Assembly: GCA_002269645.1 (NCBI GenBank)
Contig: NIVC01001375.1
Span: forward strand, 186,001 to 250,000
From: Macrostomum lignano
Lineage: Eukaryota
Length of the DNA stretch: 64,000 nt
Reading direction: 5' to 3'
Part shown: one piece after another, positions 13,838 through 27,400 of the stretch
Position numbering within the stretch: position 1 is the stretch's first letter
How the letters are laid out: each line of letters starts with the position of its first letter
Program-made: the position numbers and the translations under genes
The notes under the pieces: model-generated
Seen by the model: the letters and a program-made list of their open reading frames with translations, nothing else
The model's database searches: none
Told to the model about the DNA's origin: nothing

Positions 13838-14390
13838 TCACTCTGTATTTACAACCCAGTGACCAACCCAGTCAATTTTTGTGGTCCAAGCATTCTGCAA
13901 CGCCTCAGTGAGCTGTTTATTGAAGTAGATCAGTGCGTCCGACTCCCTGCGGTCCAGCGCCAGAGTGGACCTCAGATACTCCAAATCTTGAGGCGACTGC
14001 AGCTCCGGGATGCCTGAGTGCAGCATCAGGGTGAATAGGGTGAGAAACAGGGCCGCGTTCTGGCGCAGCGCCTGGTAGGCTCGGCTGCACAGAGTGGCGA
14101 ACTGTGTGAACTCGCGCCGAGAAGTCAGCTCGCGCCACGTCATGGAGCCGTCCTTGTCCCGGCAGATGATGCGGACGAAGTCCTGCGCGGGATGACGGGG
14201 TGCTGATGGGATCGCCGCCTATGTCTGTCTGTCTGTCTGTCTTCTGTGTTTGTGTCTGTCTGTCTGTCTGCCTGTCTGTCTTCTGTGTTTGTGTCTGTCT
14301 GTCTGCCTGTCTGTCTTCTGTGTTTGTGTCTGTCTGTCTGTCTGTCTGCCTGTCTGTCTGTCTGTCTGCCTGCCTGTCTGTCTGTCTGCC

Positions 14391-14427
<37 letters not shown>

Positions 14428-14501
14428 TCTGTGTTTGTGTCTGTCTGTCTGTCTGTCTGCCTGTCTGTCTGTCTGTCTGCCTGCCTGTCTGTCTGTCTGC
14501 C

Positions 14502-14542
<41 letters not shown>

Positions 14543-14825
14543 TCTGTGTTTGTGTCTGTCTGTCTGTCTGCCTGCCTGTCTGTCTTCTGTGTTTGTGTCT
14601 GTCTGTCTGTCTGTCTGCCTGTCTGTCTGTCTGTCTGCCTGCCTGTCTGTCTGTCTGTCTGCCTGCCTGTCTGTCTTCTGTGTTTGTGTCTGTCTGTCTG
14701 CCTGCCTGTCTGTCTTCTGTGTTTGTGTCTGTCTGTCTGCCTGCCTGTCTGTCTTCTGTGTTTGTGTCTGTCTGTCTGCCTGTCTGTCTTCTGTGTTTGT
14801 GTCTGTCTGTCTGTCTGTCTGTCTC

Positions 14826-14871
<46 letters not shown>

Positions 14872-17800
14872 GTCTGTCTATCTGTCTATCCATCAATTTA
14901 TCTTAGTCTCAATCACACCCGTCTCAATCAAGGCCTCACCTGCGGCAGTACAAACGGCACCCTCTCCCTCGCAATGCCGAATTTCTTCTTCTTATTATTG
15001 AGAAAGTGGCCGAAGTCGATGTGCAGCAGCTGTCCGGTGCGGCACAGCATGATATTGTCCGGATGCCGATCTCTAATCCCAAGCACAAAGGTGGCCACGC
15101 AGTAGCCCGCGCACGACTTGGTAAACGTGTCAACAACTGTCTCGTGCGTGCTGGAGTCTGCATTCTGTTCTAGCAGCCATTTGTACAGCTGCGAGCTGTC
15201 CATCTGCATGGCGGCCACACGGGTTCGCTCCTTCTGTATGCCCATCACCGTGTAGGCGTCTCGGACCACCTGCGGCGGCGGCGGGGGGGGGATGGTGGCG
15301 CCAATTGTACCATTGCACTTATTGATGATTAGAATTTAGGAACAGCGGCCGCAATATCTTTCTATCTAGATAACAGACAATGACACAGATAAAGTAACTC
15401 AGTTAAGAAATACCAAATTATCCCTTTCGAGAAATCATAAAATTATCCCATTTGAGAAATCCCAAAATTATCCCATTCGAGAAATCCTAAAATTATCCCA
15501 TTCAAGAAATCTCAAAATTATCTCATTCGAGAAATCATAAAATTATCCCATTCGAGAAATACCAAAATTATCCCATTCGAGAAATCATAAAATTATCCCA
15601 TTTGAGAAATCCCAAAATTATCCCATTCGAGAAATCCCAAAATTATCCCATTCGAGAAATTCTAAAATCATTCAGTTGAGAAATTCCCCAAGCACGTTAA
15701 TATCCATAAAATTTGTCTCACCTCGATCAGTCCCATATGCCTGCCTGTAGCCAAGCAGTTATATGGCGACATTCTCAGACTGAAGCCCAGCTCCTGCCTC
15801 CAGACGTCCTCCATCAGGGCGATGAGCTGCAGCGTGAGCATGTCCTGCCTAAGATCGTCGCCGTATTTGAAGATCAACTTGTAGTCGGTGAGGTGCTGAG
15901 ACGCCATGGGGTCCGGGTTGACCCACTCCAGCCACAGTGGCCGCTTCTTGGACTTCTTGATCTTGCAGCGTTCAGGCTGGGGGAGTTCGGGTGCAGGTGA
16001 ACTTAGGGTTTGTAGGGAATCTGGGAGGCTGGCCCAGCAACTGAGGATCTGGGAGGCTGGCCTAGCAACTGAGGATTTGAGAGGCTGGCCCAGCAACTGA
16101 GGATCTGAGAGGCTGGCCCAGCAACTGAGGATCTGAGAGGCTGGCCCAGCAACTAAGGATCTGGGAGGCTGGCCTAGCAACTGAGGATCTGAGAAGCTGG
16201 CCCAGCAACTGAGCATCTGGGAGGCTGGCCCAGCAACTGAGGATCTGGGAGGCTGGCCTAGCAACTGAGGATTTGAGAGGCTGGCCCAGCAACTGAGGAT
16301 CTGAGAGGCTGGCCCAGAAACTGAGGATCTGAGAGGCTGGCCCAGCAACTGAGGATCTGAGAGGCTGGCCCAGCAACTGAGGATCTGAGAGGCTGGCCCA
16401 GCAACTGAGGATCTGGGAGGCAGGCCCAGCAACTGAGGATTTGAGAGGCTGGCCCAGCAACTGAGGATCTGAGAGGCTGGCCCAGAAACTGAGGATCTGA
16501 GAGGCTGGCCCAGCAACTGAGGATCTGAGAGGCTGGCCCAGCAACTGAGGATCTGAGAGGCTGGCCCAGCAACTAAGGATCTGGGAGGCTGGCCTAGCAA
16601 CTGAGGATCTGGGAGGCTGGCCTAGCAACTGAGGATTTGAGAGGCTGGCCCAGCAACTGAGGATCTGAGAGGCTGGCCCAGCAACTGAGGATCTGAGAGG
16701 CTGGCCCAGCAACTGAGGATCTGAGAGGCTGGCCCAGCAACTAAGGATCTGGGAGGCTGGCCTAGCAACTGAGGATCTGAGAAGCTGGCCCAGCAACTGA
16801 GGATCTGGGAGGCTGGCCTAGCAACTGAGGATTTGAGAGGCTGGCCCAGCAACTGAGGATCTGAGAGGCTGGCCCAGAAACTGAGGATCTGAGAGGCTGG
16901 CCCAGCAACTGAGGATCTGAGAGGCTGGCCCAGCAACTGAGGATCTGAGAGGCTGGCCCAGCAACTGAGGATCTGGGAGGCAGGCCCAGCAACTGAGGAT
17001 TTGAGAGGCTGGCCCAGCAACTGAGGATCTGAGAGGCTGGCCCAGAAACTGAGGATCTGAGAGGCTGGCCCAGCAACTGAGGATCTGAGAGGCTGGCCCA
17101 GCAACTGAGGATCTGAGAGGCTGGCCCAGCAACTAAGGATCTGGGAGGCTGGCCTAGCAACTGAGGATCTGAGAAGCTGGCCCAGCAACTGAGCATCTGG
17201 GAGGCTGGCCCAGCAACTGAGGATCTGGGAGGCTGGCCTAGCAACTGAGGATTTGAGAGGCTGGCCCAGCAACTGAGGATCTGAGAGGCTGGCCCAGCAA
17301 CTGAGGATCTGAGAGGCTGGCCCAGCAACTAAGGATCTGGGAGGCTGGCCTAGCAACTGAGGATCTGAGAAGCTGGCCCAGCAACTGAGGATCTAAGAGG
17401 CTGGCCCAGCAACTGAGGATCTGAGAGGCTGGCCCAGCAACTGAGGATCTGAGAGGCTGGCCCAGCAACTGAGGATCTGGGAGGCTGGCCCAGCAACTGA
17501 CACTCTGGGGGGCGGGCCCAGCAACTGAGGATCTGAGAGGCTGGCCCAGCAACTGAGGATCTGGGAGGCCGGCCCAGCAACTGAGGATCTGAGAGGCTGG
17601 CCCAGCATCTGAGGATCTGAGAGGCCGGCCCAGCAACTGACCTTGAGCATTCCCAGCTCCTCGGAAGGCTCTAGCGGCGAGGTGAACATGCTGATATCGT
17701 TGACCAGCTCCTGAGTCTGCAGCATAGCCTGGAAGACCTTCTGTTGCTGGTCATCCCGCTCGCTACGCAGCGTGTTGGCCATGGTCACCAGCTTGTCGAT

Positions 17801-20800
17801 GGCGTCCCGCTGGCGAGACAGCAGGTTCAGGCCGGGGCCGAACCCGCGGCAGAAGGCCTCCAGGATCAGAGTGAACCGAAGTCGCAGCTGCTGCTGATGG
17901 ATCTCCGACCAGAGGTACCAGAAAAATCGAACTCCAGATCTACGAGTAAGAGTAGGTCAGGAAATAGTTGACAGGTACCGCAACCAAAAATACCCCAAGA
18001 CAGGTACCTCAGCCAAAATACCCCCAAGACAGGTACCTCAACCAAAAAACCCCAAGACAGGTACCTCAACCAAAAAACCCCAAGACAGGTACCTCAACCA
18101 AAATACCCCAAAACAGGTACCTCAACTAAAAAACTCTAAGACAGGCACCTCAACCAACAATACCCCAAAGAAAGGTACCTCAACCAAATTACCCCAAAAC
18201 AGGTACCCCCACCAAAAATACCCCAAAACAGGTACCCCAACCAAAATACCCTAAGACAGGTACCCCCACCAAAAATAACATAAGACAGGTACCCACACCA
18301 AAAATACCCTAAGACAGGTACCCCCATCAAAAATACCCCAAGACAGGTACCCCCACCAAAAATACCCTAAGACAGGTACCCTCACCAAAAATACCCCAAG
18401 ACAGGTACCAAAGTGGCAAAAAACTCACCGGACGCTCCTCAGCGACCATCTCAACAGAAAGTGAGTCAATCTATTGCTAAGAAACGGTTCAAACTTCAAG
18501 CACTGAACCAACTGCAGCAACAGCCTGCGAAACAATTTATCAGTAAGCGACTGATCCAAAGACTCAACGGCCAACGATCTCAGCCGAGGATCCATAAACT
18601 TCGGGCCCAACAATTGCAGACTAGTGTGCAATGGCAACGGTCGCTTCCACTGCTCCAACAGGTAATAGAACTTCAATACGTCATGCCGATTGGCCCAGTT
18701 AACAGCGCTAGCCAGCACTGGCAGCGAGGCCGGGTGCCTGGCGCAGCAGTCCTGCCGATAATACCAAACTAAATCGCGCTCTGAATCTGTCAGTTCGCTC
18801 AGACAGTCTCGATTGAGAATGGATTTCAGCTGGTCCTGCAGCTGCTCCTCTTTATTAGGCGGGATCACATCCCAGCCGGGTCGATTGCTTGACGGAGTCA
18901 ATGGCGACTGCTGCAGCATAGAGTTCAGGCTGTCCTTGTCGGGGAAGCACAGCCGGGACTCGGGGAACATCACCTGCGTAGGGCATTGGGTGTTGGGAAT
19001 TGGCAAAGTGTTGGATTGCTTACTCTGAGAATGTTGGTTTCTGATCCTCATTCACCACCTTCTCCCCTGTGTAACCGCTCTTGCCTAACTCTCCCCTTGC
19101 CTACCTCTCCCCTTGCCTACCCTCTCCCCTTGCCTACCTCTCCCCTTGCCTACCCTCTCCCCTTGCCTACCTCTCCCCTTGCCTACCTCTCCCCTTGCCT
19201 ACCCTCTCCCCTTGCCTAACCTCTCTCCCTTTGCCTACCCTCTCTCCCTTTATCTACCCTCTCTCCCTTTATCTACCCTCTCTTCCTTTATCTACCCTCT
19301 CTCTCTTTATCTACCCTCTCTCTCCCTTTATCTACTCTCTCTCCCTTTATCTACCCTCTCTCTCCCTTTATCTACCCTCTCTTCCTTTATCTACCCTCTC
19401 TCCCTTTATCTACCCTCTCTCCCTTTATCTACCCTCTCTCCCTTTATCTACCCTCTCTCCCTTTATCTACCCTCTCTCCCTTTATCTACCCTCTCTCCCT
19501 TTATCTACCCTCTCTCCCTTTATGTACCCTCTCTCCCTTTATGTACCCTCTCTCCCTTTATCTACCCTCTGTCCCTTTATCTACCCTCTCTCCCTTTATC
19601 TACCCTCTCTCCCTTTTTCTACCCTCTCTCCCTTTATCTACCCTCTCTCCCTTTATCTACCCTCTCTCCCTTTATCTACCCTCTCTCCATTTATCTACCC
19701 TCTCTCCCTTTATCTACCCTCTCTCCCTTTATCTACCCTCTCTCCCTTTATCTACCCTCTCTCCCTTTATGTACCCTCTCTCCCTTTATCTACCCTCTGT
19801 CCCTTTATCTACCCTCTCTCCCTTTATCTACCCTCTCTCCCTTTATCTACCCTCTCTCCCTTTATCTACCCTCTCTCCCTTTATCTACCCTCTCTCCATT
19901 TATCTACCCTCTCTCCCTTTATCTACCCTCTCTCCCCTTGTCCACGCTCTATCCCCATGTCTACCCTAGGCGCTCCGCAGCCTCCTAAGCCCCAATAACG
20001 CAGCAGCAGCAGCAGCGGAGGCGGGCTCACCTCAGCCACCGGAGCGTCGCTCTGATTACTACCAAACGTGGTGCCCAACGGTTTAAGAAAGTCAACAGCC
20101 CCAGCCGAGGATTGCTGGCCAACTCCGCCAAGAAACTCTTCAGTCCAGAATCGCATTTGAATCGGTCCGCTACGCAATTTGCCATCGTAGGCAAATATGT
20201 TAACGTTGCTCCAGCCTAGACAGTTGTGCTCGTCAGTCGTGTGACGCCGGACAACATAGCACAGGGCTAAGCACAGCCTGGCGTATATTGGCAAATTCGA
20301 TACTAATACGTCGAACATCAGTGGCTCGCTAATGCTCTCAGCATTGCAACTGCGCATAGCTCTAGTGGTTAGATTGCCGCACAGCGGGGCGCTGCCGCAG
20401 TAGATGCCGGCTCTCAGGTACAGCTGACCGTTGGGGGGGTCGGACACTTGGACGCTGGTTACCTGGGGGGAGGAGAAATGAAGGTCAGACAGTGAGCTGA
20501 AATACCTGAAGCATAGATACGGCGATTTAACATGTATATAAGGGAAATAAGGGAATGAGTGGGTGACGGGAGGCAGAAGAAACCGAGAGGGAGAGGTAGA
20601 TGGAGAGAGGGGAGATAGGGAGAGGGAGATGGGGAAAGGAGATGGGGAGAGGAGAGGGAGATGAGGAGAGGGAGATGGGGAGAGGGAGATGGGGAGAGGA
20701 GAGGGAGAAAGGGAGATGGGGAGAGGAGAGGGAGATGAGGAGAGGGAGATGGGGAGAGGGGAGATAGGGAGAGGGAGATGGGGAAAGGGAGATGGGGAGA

Positions 20801-23105
20801 GGGAGATGGGGAAGGGAGATGGGGAGAGGAGAGGGAGATGGGGAGAGGGAGAGATGGGGAGAGGACGATAGGGATATGAGGAGAGGGAGATGAGGAGAGG
20901 GAGATGGGGAGAGGGAGATGGGGAGAGGGAGAGATGGGGAGAGGAGGATAGGAAGATGGGGAGAGGGAGATGGCGAGAGGGAGATGGGGAGAGGAGAGGG
21001 AGATGAGGAGAGGGAGATGGGGAGAGGGAGATGAGGAGAGGGAGATGGGGAGAGGGAGAGGAGGAGAGGGAGATGAGGAGGAGGAGAGGGAGATGAGAAG
21101 AGGGAGACAGGGAGACTGAGAGGGAGAGGGGAGAAAAGAAGAGGGAGAGTGGGAGGGCAAGGGCGAGAGAGGGGACACAGAGCCGTAGCAGACAGAGCGG
21201 CAGCCAACAGAGGGACACACATGAACAGTGAAGTATTCGTTAACGCAATTCCACAGATCCATAGGCCGGGCCAAGGCGGGCTGACTCAGCGAATCCTCGC
21301 GCACCATGGCATACGATGAAGACGTAGAAGTCCTATCGGAGGCGGCCAGGTTGCTGAGGTATTCTGGCATCGAATAGAAATTGCAGCAGCCGGGCTCGCT
21401 GACGCTGTCAAAGCTGGCGTCCTTCTCAACCAGCATGAGACAGGGAGTGACATTGGAGTCCAAGCAGTGCCGGAAATAATCGTACGAACTGAGAGGCGAC
21501 CGCGATGTTAAATACTGATTGCAGCAGCACACCTTGACCAGGTAGCGATTGGGATTAATCTGCTGACGCGACTGAGGCTTGCGGGCGACCTCTTCTACTA
21601 CAGTTGAAGGATAGCTGTGGTCCAGGTCCAGCTGAATAGTGAATCGCATTGTCTGATTGCCACTGCGGTGAAATACCTGCACCTTGTGAATACTGCTTGG
21701 ACTGATGGCGGGGCCGGTGAATGACAATCTGTCAGATGAATTGTTCGAAGCGCTGGCACTGCTGGTGCTGCTCTTGTGCCGAATAATTGGGCTAGTATCC
21801 TCGCAAGTGGCCCCGGTGCGAAAGTGGAACACCTGTTGATATAAATAATCAATTCAGTGTTAGAAATTTACAGGAATTTAAACAAACCATTGCGTATTCT
21901 AAGAAACGGGAATTCCGAAAATGAAAAGACAGTAGCATAATTATTAACTTAGTAGCTTGAAAATAGGGAAATCCTAAACAGGGAAATCCTAAACAAGAAG
22001 ATTCAGAGTACCGGTAAGGAAATCCAAGAGGGAAACCCCAAACAAGGGGATTCACAGTAGGAAAATCCTAAACAAGGGGATTCACAGTAGGGAAATCCCA
22101 AACAGGGAAATCTTAAACAAGGAGATTCAGACTACCGGCAGGGATATAGCGACAAGGGGATTCACAGTAGGGAAATCCCAAACAAAAAGATTCACATTAG
22201 GGAAATACTAAATAAGGAGAGTCACAGTAGGGAAATCCCAAAACAGGGAAACCACAAACAAGGTTACAGTAGGGAAATCTCAAGCAAGGAGAGTCACAGT
22301 AGGGAAATCCCAAGCAAGGAGAGTCACAGTAGGGAAATCCCAAGCAAGGAGTGTCACAGTAGGGAAATCTCAAACAAGGAGTCTCAGTAGGGAAATCCCA
22401 AACAAGGAGTCACAGTAGGGAAATCCCAAGCAAGGAGAGTCACAGTAGGGAAATCTCAAACAAGGAGTCTCAGTAGGGAAATCCCAAACAAGGAGTCACA
22501 GTGGGGAAATCCCAAGCAAGGAGAGTCACAGTAGGGAAATTCCAAACAAGGAGTCACAGTAGAGAAATCCCAAACAAGGGGTCACAGTAGGGAAATCCCA
22601 AGGGAAACCCTACAAAACTGCAAGAATAGCAACCGCCGCTAATCATTCCCACCTGGTCGGCGCCGCCATTCCTAGTCTGCTGGCAGGCGTCTTTCACGGT
22701 GGCAAAAGCGGCCCCACGAAAACTGGTAGCCTCGGCGTCCATGACTCGGCCGAGATCCTTGGCGGACACGCCGATCGAATGAAACACCAACGCTTCCCTA
22801 GTTTTGTCGCTTTTCATATCGTGACTCTGACGTAGGCTGAGCATTGGTATAAACAATCTCAATTGGCTCAACCGTTGCGTCTCTTCTAGGAAATCCTCCG
22901 TGGACCCCTCCAGAATTACGCCGCTAAATACGTAACTATCCTGGTCGAGCGATTCCGAATAATACCCGGCCTTGTGCGCCTCCGACCAGACCAGCTTCTT
23001 TAAATCGCACAGCGGCACATCGGCCGAACAGGTGAGCACCAGCAGGAAGCCAGAGGGCAGCAGGACGTCAACGTCCACGCTGCCGCCTAGTAGTGCGCCG
23101 GACAT
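13838..23105 (-). CDS. PIK3CA: Class IA phosphatidylinositol 3-kinase catalytic subunit p110 (alpha-like), 8 exons, about 1089 aa
   Basis: Exons 23105-22653 (ABD), 21832-21221 (RBD), 20462-20031 (C2: [15 protein letters not shown]), 18973-18429 (helical), 17939-17642, 15976-15722 ([24 protein letters not shown]), 15269-14940 ([30 protein letters not shown]), 14182-13838 (WTTKIDW). Total 3270 nt, in frame. The alpha versus beta/delta assignment is tentative. Confidence 0.93.
14220..14890. repeat. (TGTC)n-based compound microsatellite, PI3K intron 7
   Basis: Visible repeat with TTCTGTGTTTGTG interruptions. Confidence 0.97.
15405..15670. repeat. 25-bp minisatellite, PI3K intron 6
   Basis: Unit AAATTATCCCATTCGAGAAATCCCA. 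Confidence 0.92.
16015..17640. repeat. 28-bp minisatellite with a 560-bp higher-order repeat, PI3K intron 5
   Basis: Unit GGCTGGCCCAGCAACTGAGGATCTGAGA. ORFs 16258-16572 and 16818-17132 have identical translations at a 560-bp offset. Confidence 0.97.
17970..18412. repeat. 28-29-bp minisatellite, PI3K intron 4
   Basis: Unit AAGACAGGTACCTCAACCAAAATACCCC. Confidence 0.93.
19085..19965. repeat. 19-bp CT-rich minisatellite, PI3K intron 3
   Basis: Unit CCCTCTCTCCCTTTATCTA. Confidence 0.95.
20585..21175. repeat. GA-rich minisatellite (GGGGAGAGGGAGAT), PI3K intron 2
   Basis: Visible purine tract. Confidence 0.93.
21960..22605. repeat. About 28-30-bp minisatellite, PI3K intron 1
   Basis: Unit CACAGTAGGGAAATCCCAAACAAGGAGT. 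Confidence 0.93.
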
Positions 23106-23234
23106 CCCTGTGGCTGATTGTCTCTGTCGATCTGTAGCAGCGATCGGCTACCGGCGGATGGTGGCGCCGAGCTGAAGGGTTTGAGACATTAAAATCAATG
23201 CAAACTGTACATCTATGTATGTCTATTACATACG

Positions 23235-23515
23235 GAATCCTACTTTGGAGAATCAGCTAGCGAATCCTTTTTGGGAGTCTGCTGGGGAATCCCATTTGGG
23301 AGAATCCACTAGGGAATCCCGTTTTAGGGGAATCCACTAAGGAATCCATTTTTTTGAATCCACTAGGGAATCCCTTTTTGGGGAATCCACCAGGGAATCA
23401 AATTTTTAAAATCCACTTTTGGGGAATACACCAGTGAATCCCATTTTTGGAATTCCACTAGGGAATCCTATTTTAGAGAATCCCGTTTTGGGGATATCCA
23501 CAGGGGAATCAATTC
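23235..23515. repeat. Degenerate GGGGAATCCACTAGGGAATCC repeat upstream of PI3K
   Basis: Visible tandem motif. Confidence 0.8.
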
Positions 23516-23864
23516 TTTTAAAGAATCAACAGGAGATTTCTGTTTGGAAGAATCCAACAAGAGAAATCACAAGCGAGAACGTCTGCTAAAACTATGGGCA
23601 ATTTTGTTGTTAGATTTATTGCTGGGAATTTGCTGCTGCAATTGAAATCCAAAAACTCCTCATTGATGCGTTGATTTATTTGATGGATCGAAAAAGAATA
23701 AAACAATAAATGACATCATATTTGAGAAGCGGCTTGCCAAATAGCTTTTAGATTACAGCGCCAACATTTAAATATAACAAAAAGATCTTTCGACAACTTT
23801 TATTTTTATTTGAATAAGAGATGTTCTTGGTAACAACTGGGAATTACTATGATGCCTCGTTCCC

Positions 23865-24360
23865 TAAGCAACTGGATTTATCTTAGCAACTAGTTTTGCC
23901 TTAGCAACGGATTTACCTTAGCAACTGGATTAACCTTAGCAACTGGATTCATCCTAGCAACCGTATTTTCCTTAACAACCGGATTTACCTTAGCAACCGT
24001 ATTTTCTTTAACAACTGGATTTACCTAAGCAACTGGATTCACCTTAGCAACAGGGTTTACCTTAGCAACTGGGGTTCACTTTTGCAACTGGATTTACATT
24101 GGCAACATAATTTACCTTAGCAAAAGGATTAACCTTGGCAACTTGGTTTATCTTAGCAGCTGGATTCACCTTAGCACCCGTATTTTGCTTAACAACCGGA
24201 TTTACTTTAGCAACCGGATTCATCTTAGCAACCGTATTTTCCTTAACAACCGGATTCACCTTAGCAACAGGGGTTCACCTTAGCGACAGGGTTTACCTTA
24301 GCAACGGGGTTCATCTTGGCAACTAGATTCACCTTAGCAACAGGATTTCCGTTAGCAACA
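23865..24360. repeat. 18-bp minisatellite downstream of the TYW1 stop
   Basis: Unit TTACCTTAGCAACTGGAT. Confidence 0.9.
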
Positions 24361-24401
24361 TAATTTGATCATAAATCAAGCTTCATTCTCTGTTAGCAGC
24401 A

Positions 24402-27400
24402 TCAGTAATCTCCAGAAGCGGCAGCGGCAGCGGCAGCAGCCCGCCGACGGAATCGCGTCTCATTGGGATCAAATCCCTGTTCAGCGGAGCCGTACACAGC
24501 CCACTCTGGCGTCTCGGCCATATAATCGGCCGCATTGAACCGTTGGCCAGTTTCCACAAATCGTCCATAGAGCTGCTCAAATCTATCGTAATCAATCCAG
24601 GTGTGCCAACGATTGTTAACTAGAAATTTGCGTTTATTAGCCAATAGGACGCAGTTGGAGTGCTCGTGCTCACAGGCGATGTCGTACTGATTGGCCAGAG
24701 AGTCGGCCAAAGCCTGGCTGAACTGCACCACCTCCTTGTGCCAGGGCACGTTGCCCATTGTCAGCTGGCTGGCCTTGCTATCGCCGCAGAATGTCACTCC
24801 TTTCACTTCGATGAAATCTGGGCAGCCGAGATCCACTAGCTTAGCGTATTGTTGCACCTTGATTAGCGGATGGGGGAGGGAGCTTATTGTGGCTGGGGGA
24901 TTATTATCCCAATTTTGATCTACAAAAAGTGTCCCTAAAAACCTTTAAAAAAATATCCCAATTCCCAAATAGTTAAATTTCTATACTGAAACATGAGGGA
25001 TAATTATCCCTTACTCAAATATCTCAGGCGACAATTATCCCCCCTACTAAAATATATTGGGATAATTATCCCCCTACTGAAATTTTGCAGGGGATAATTA
25101 TCCTTCCTACTGAAATATCTCAGGGGATAATTATCCTTCCTACTGAAATATCTCAGGGGATAATTATCTCAGTGGATAATTATCCTTCCTACTGAAATAT
25201 CTCAGGGGATAATTATCCTTCCTACTGAAATATCTCAGGGGATAATTATCCTTCCTACTGAAATATCTCAGGGGATAATTATCCTTCCTACTGAAATATC
25301 TCAGGGGATAATTATCCTTCCTACTGAAATATCTCAGGGGATAATTATCCTTCCTACTGAAATATCTCAGGGGATAATTATCCTTCCTACTGAAATATCT
25401 CAGTGGATAATTATCCTTCCTACTGAAATATCTCAGGGGATAATTATCCTTCCTACTGAAATATCTCAGGGGATAATTATCCTTCCTACTGAAATATCTC
25501 AGTGGATAATTATCCTTCCTACTGAAATATCTCAGGGGATAATTATCCTTCCTACTGAAATATCTCAGGGGATAATTATCCTTCCTATTGAAATATCTCA
25601 GTGGATAATTATCCTTCCTACTGAAATATCTCAGGGGATAATTATCCTTCCTACTGAAATATCTCAGAGGATAATTATCCTTCCTACTGAAATATCTCAG
25701 GGGATAATTATCCTTCCTACTGAAATATCTCAGGGGATAATTATCCTTCCTACTGAAATATCTCAGTGGATAATTATCCTTCCTACTGAAATATCTCAGG
25801 GGATAATTATCCTTCCTACTGAAATATCTCAGGGGATAATTATCCTTCCTACTGAAATATCTCAGTGGATAATTATCCTTCCTACTGATATATCTCAGTG
25901 GATAATTATCCTTCCTACTGAAATATCTCAGGGGATAATTATCCTTCCTACTGAAATATCTCAGGGGATAATTATCCTTCCTACTGAAATATCTTAGTGG
26001 ATAATTATCCTACCTACTGAAATATCTCAGGGGATAATTATCCTTCCTACTGAAATATCTCAGTGGATAATTATCCTTCCTACTGAAATATCTCAGGGGA
26101 TAATTATCATACATGCGCAACTTTGGGATTCACTCGGCCGTTTCTATTGGCAACAAACGCATGTAAGTCGCTATTGGACAGAACAGTAGTCACGTGACTG
26201 CTCTCAGCCAATAGCGACTTACATGCGTGTGTTGCCAATAGAAACGGCCGGGTGAATCCCAAGGTTGCGCCCAAGCATGATAATTATCCTTCCTACTGAA
26301 ATATCTCAGGGGATAATTATCCTTCCTACTGAAATATCTCAGGGGATAATTATCCTTCCTACTGAAATATCTCAGTGGATAATTATCCTTCCTACTGAAA
26401 TATCTCAGGGGATAATTATCCTTCCTACTGAAATATCTCAGGGGATAATTATCCTTCCTACTGAAATATCTCAGTGGATAATTATCCTTCCTACTGAAAT
26501 ATCTCAGGGATAATTATCCTTCCTACTGAAATATCTCAGGGGATAATTATCCTTCCTACTGAAATATCTCAGTGGATAATTATCCTTCCTACTGAAATAT
26601 CTCAGTGGATAATTATCCTTCCTACTGAAATATCTCAGGGGATAATTATCCTTCCTACTGAAATATCTCAGGGGATAATTATCCTTCCTACTGAAATATC
26701 TCAGGGGATAATTATCCTTCCTACTGAAATATCTCAGGGGATAATTATCCTTCCTACTGAAATATCTCAGGGGATAATTATCCTGCCTACTGAAATATCT
26801 CAGGGGATAATTTTCCTTCCTACTGAAATATCTCAGGGGATAATTATCCTTCCTACTGAAATATCTCAGTGGATAATTATCCTTCCTACTGAAATATCTC
26901 AGGGGATAATTATCCTTCCTACTGAAATATCTCAGTGGATAATTATCCTTCCTACTGAAATATCTCAGGAGATAATTATCCTTCCTACTGAAATATCTCA
27001 GGGGATAATTATCCTTCCTACTGAAATATCTCAGGGGATAATTATCCTTCCTACTGAAATATCTCAGGGGATAATTATCCTTCCTACTGAAATATCTCAG
27101 GGATAATTATCCTTCCTACTGAAATATCTCAGGGGATAATTATCCTTCCTACTGAAATATCTTAGTGGATAATTATCCTACCTACTGAAATATCTCAGGG
27201 GATAATTATCCTTCCTACTGAAATATCTCAGTGGATAATTATCCTTCCTACTGAAATATCTCAGGGGATAATTATCCTGCCTACTGAAATATCTCAGGGG
27301 ATAATTATCCTTCCTACTGAAATATCTCAGGGGATAATTATCCTTCCTATTGAAATATCTCAGTGGATAATTATCCTTCCTACTGAAATATCTCAGGGGA

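Noticed and set aside
14200-17636. CLSV-, QTDR- and SQILSCWA-repeat ORFs
   Set aside because: Intronic micro/minisatellites lying between PI3K exons that join in frame without them.
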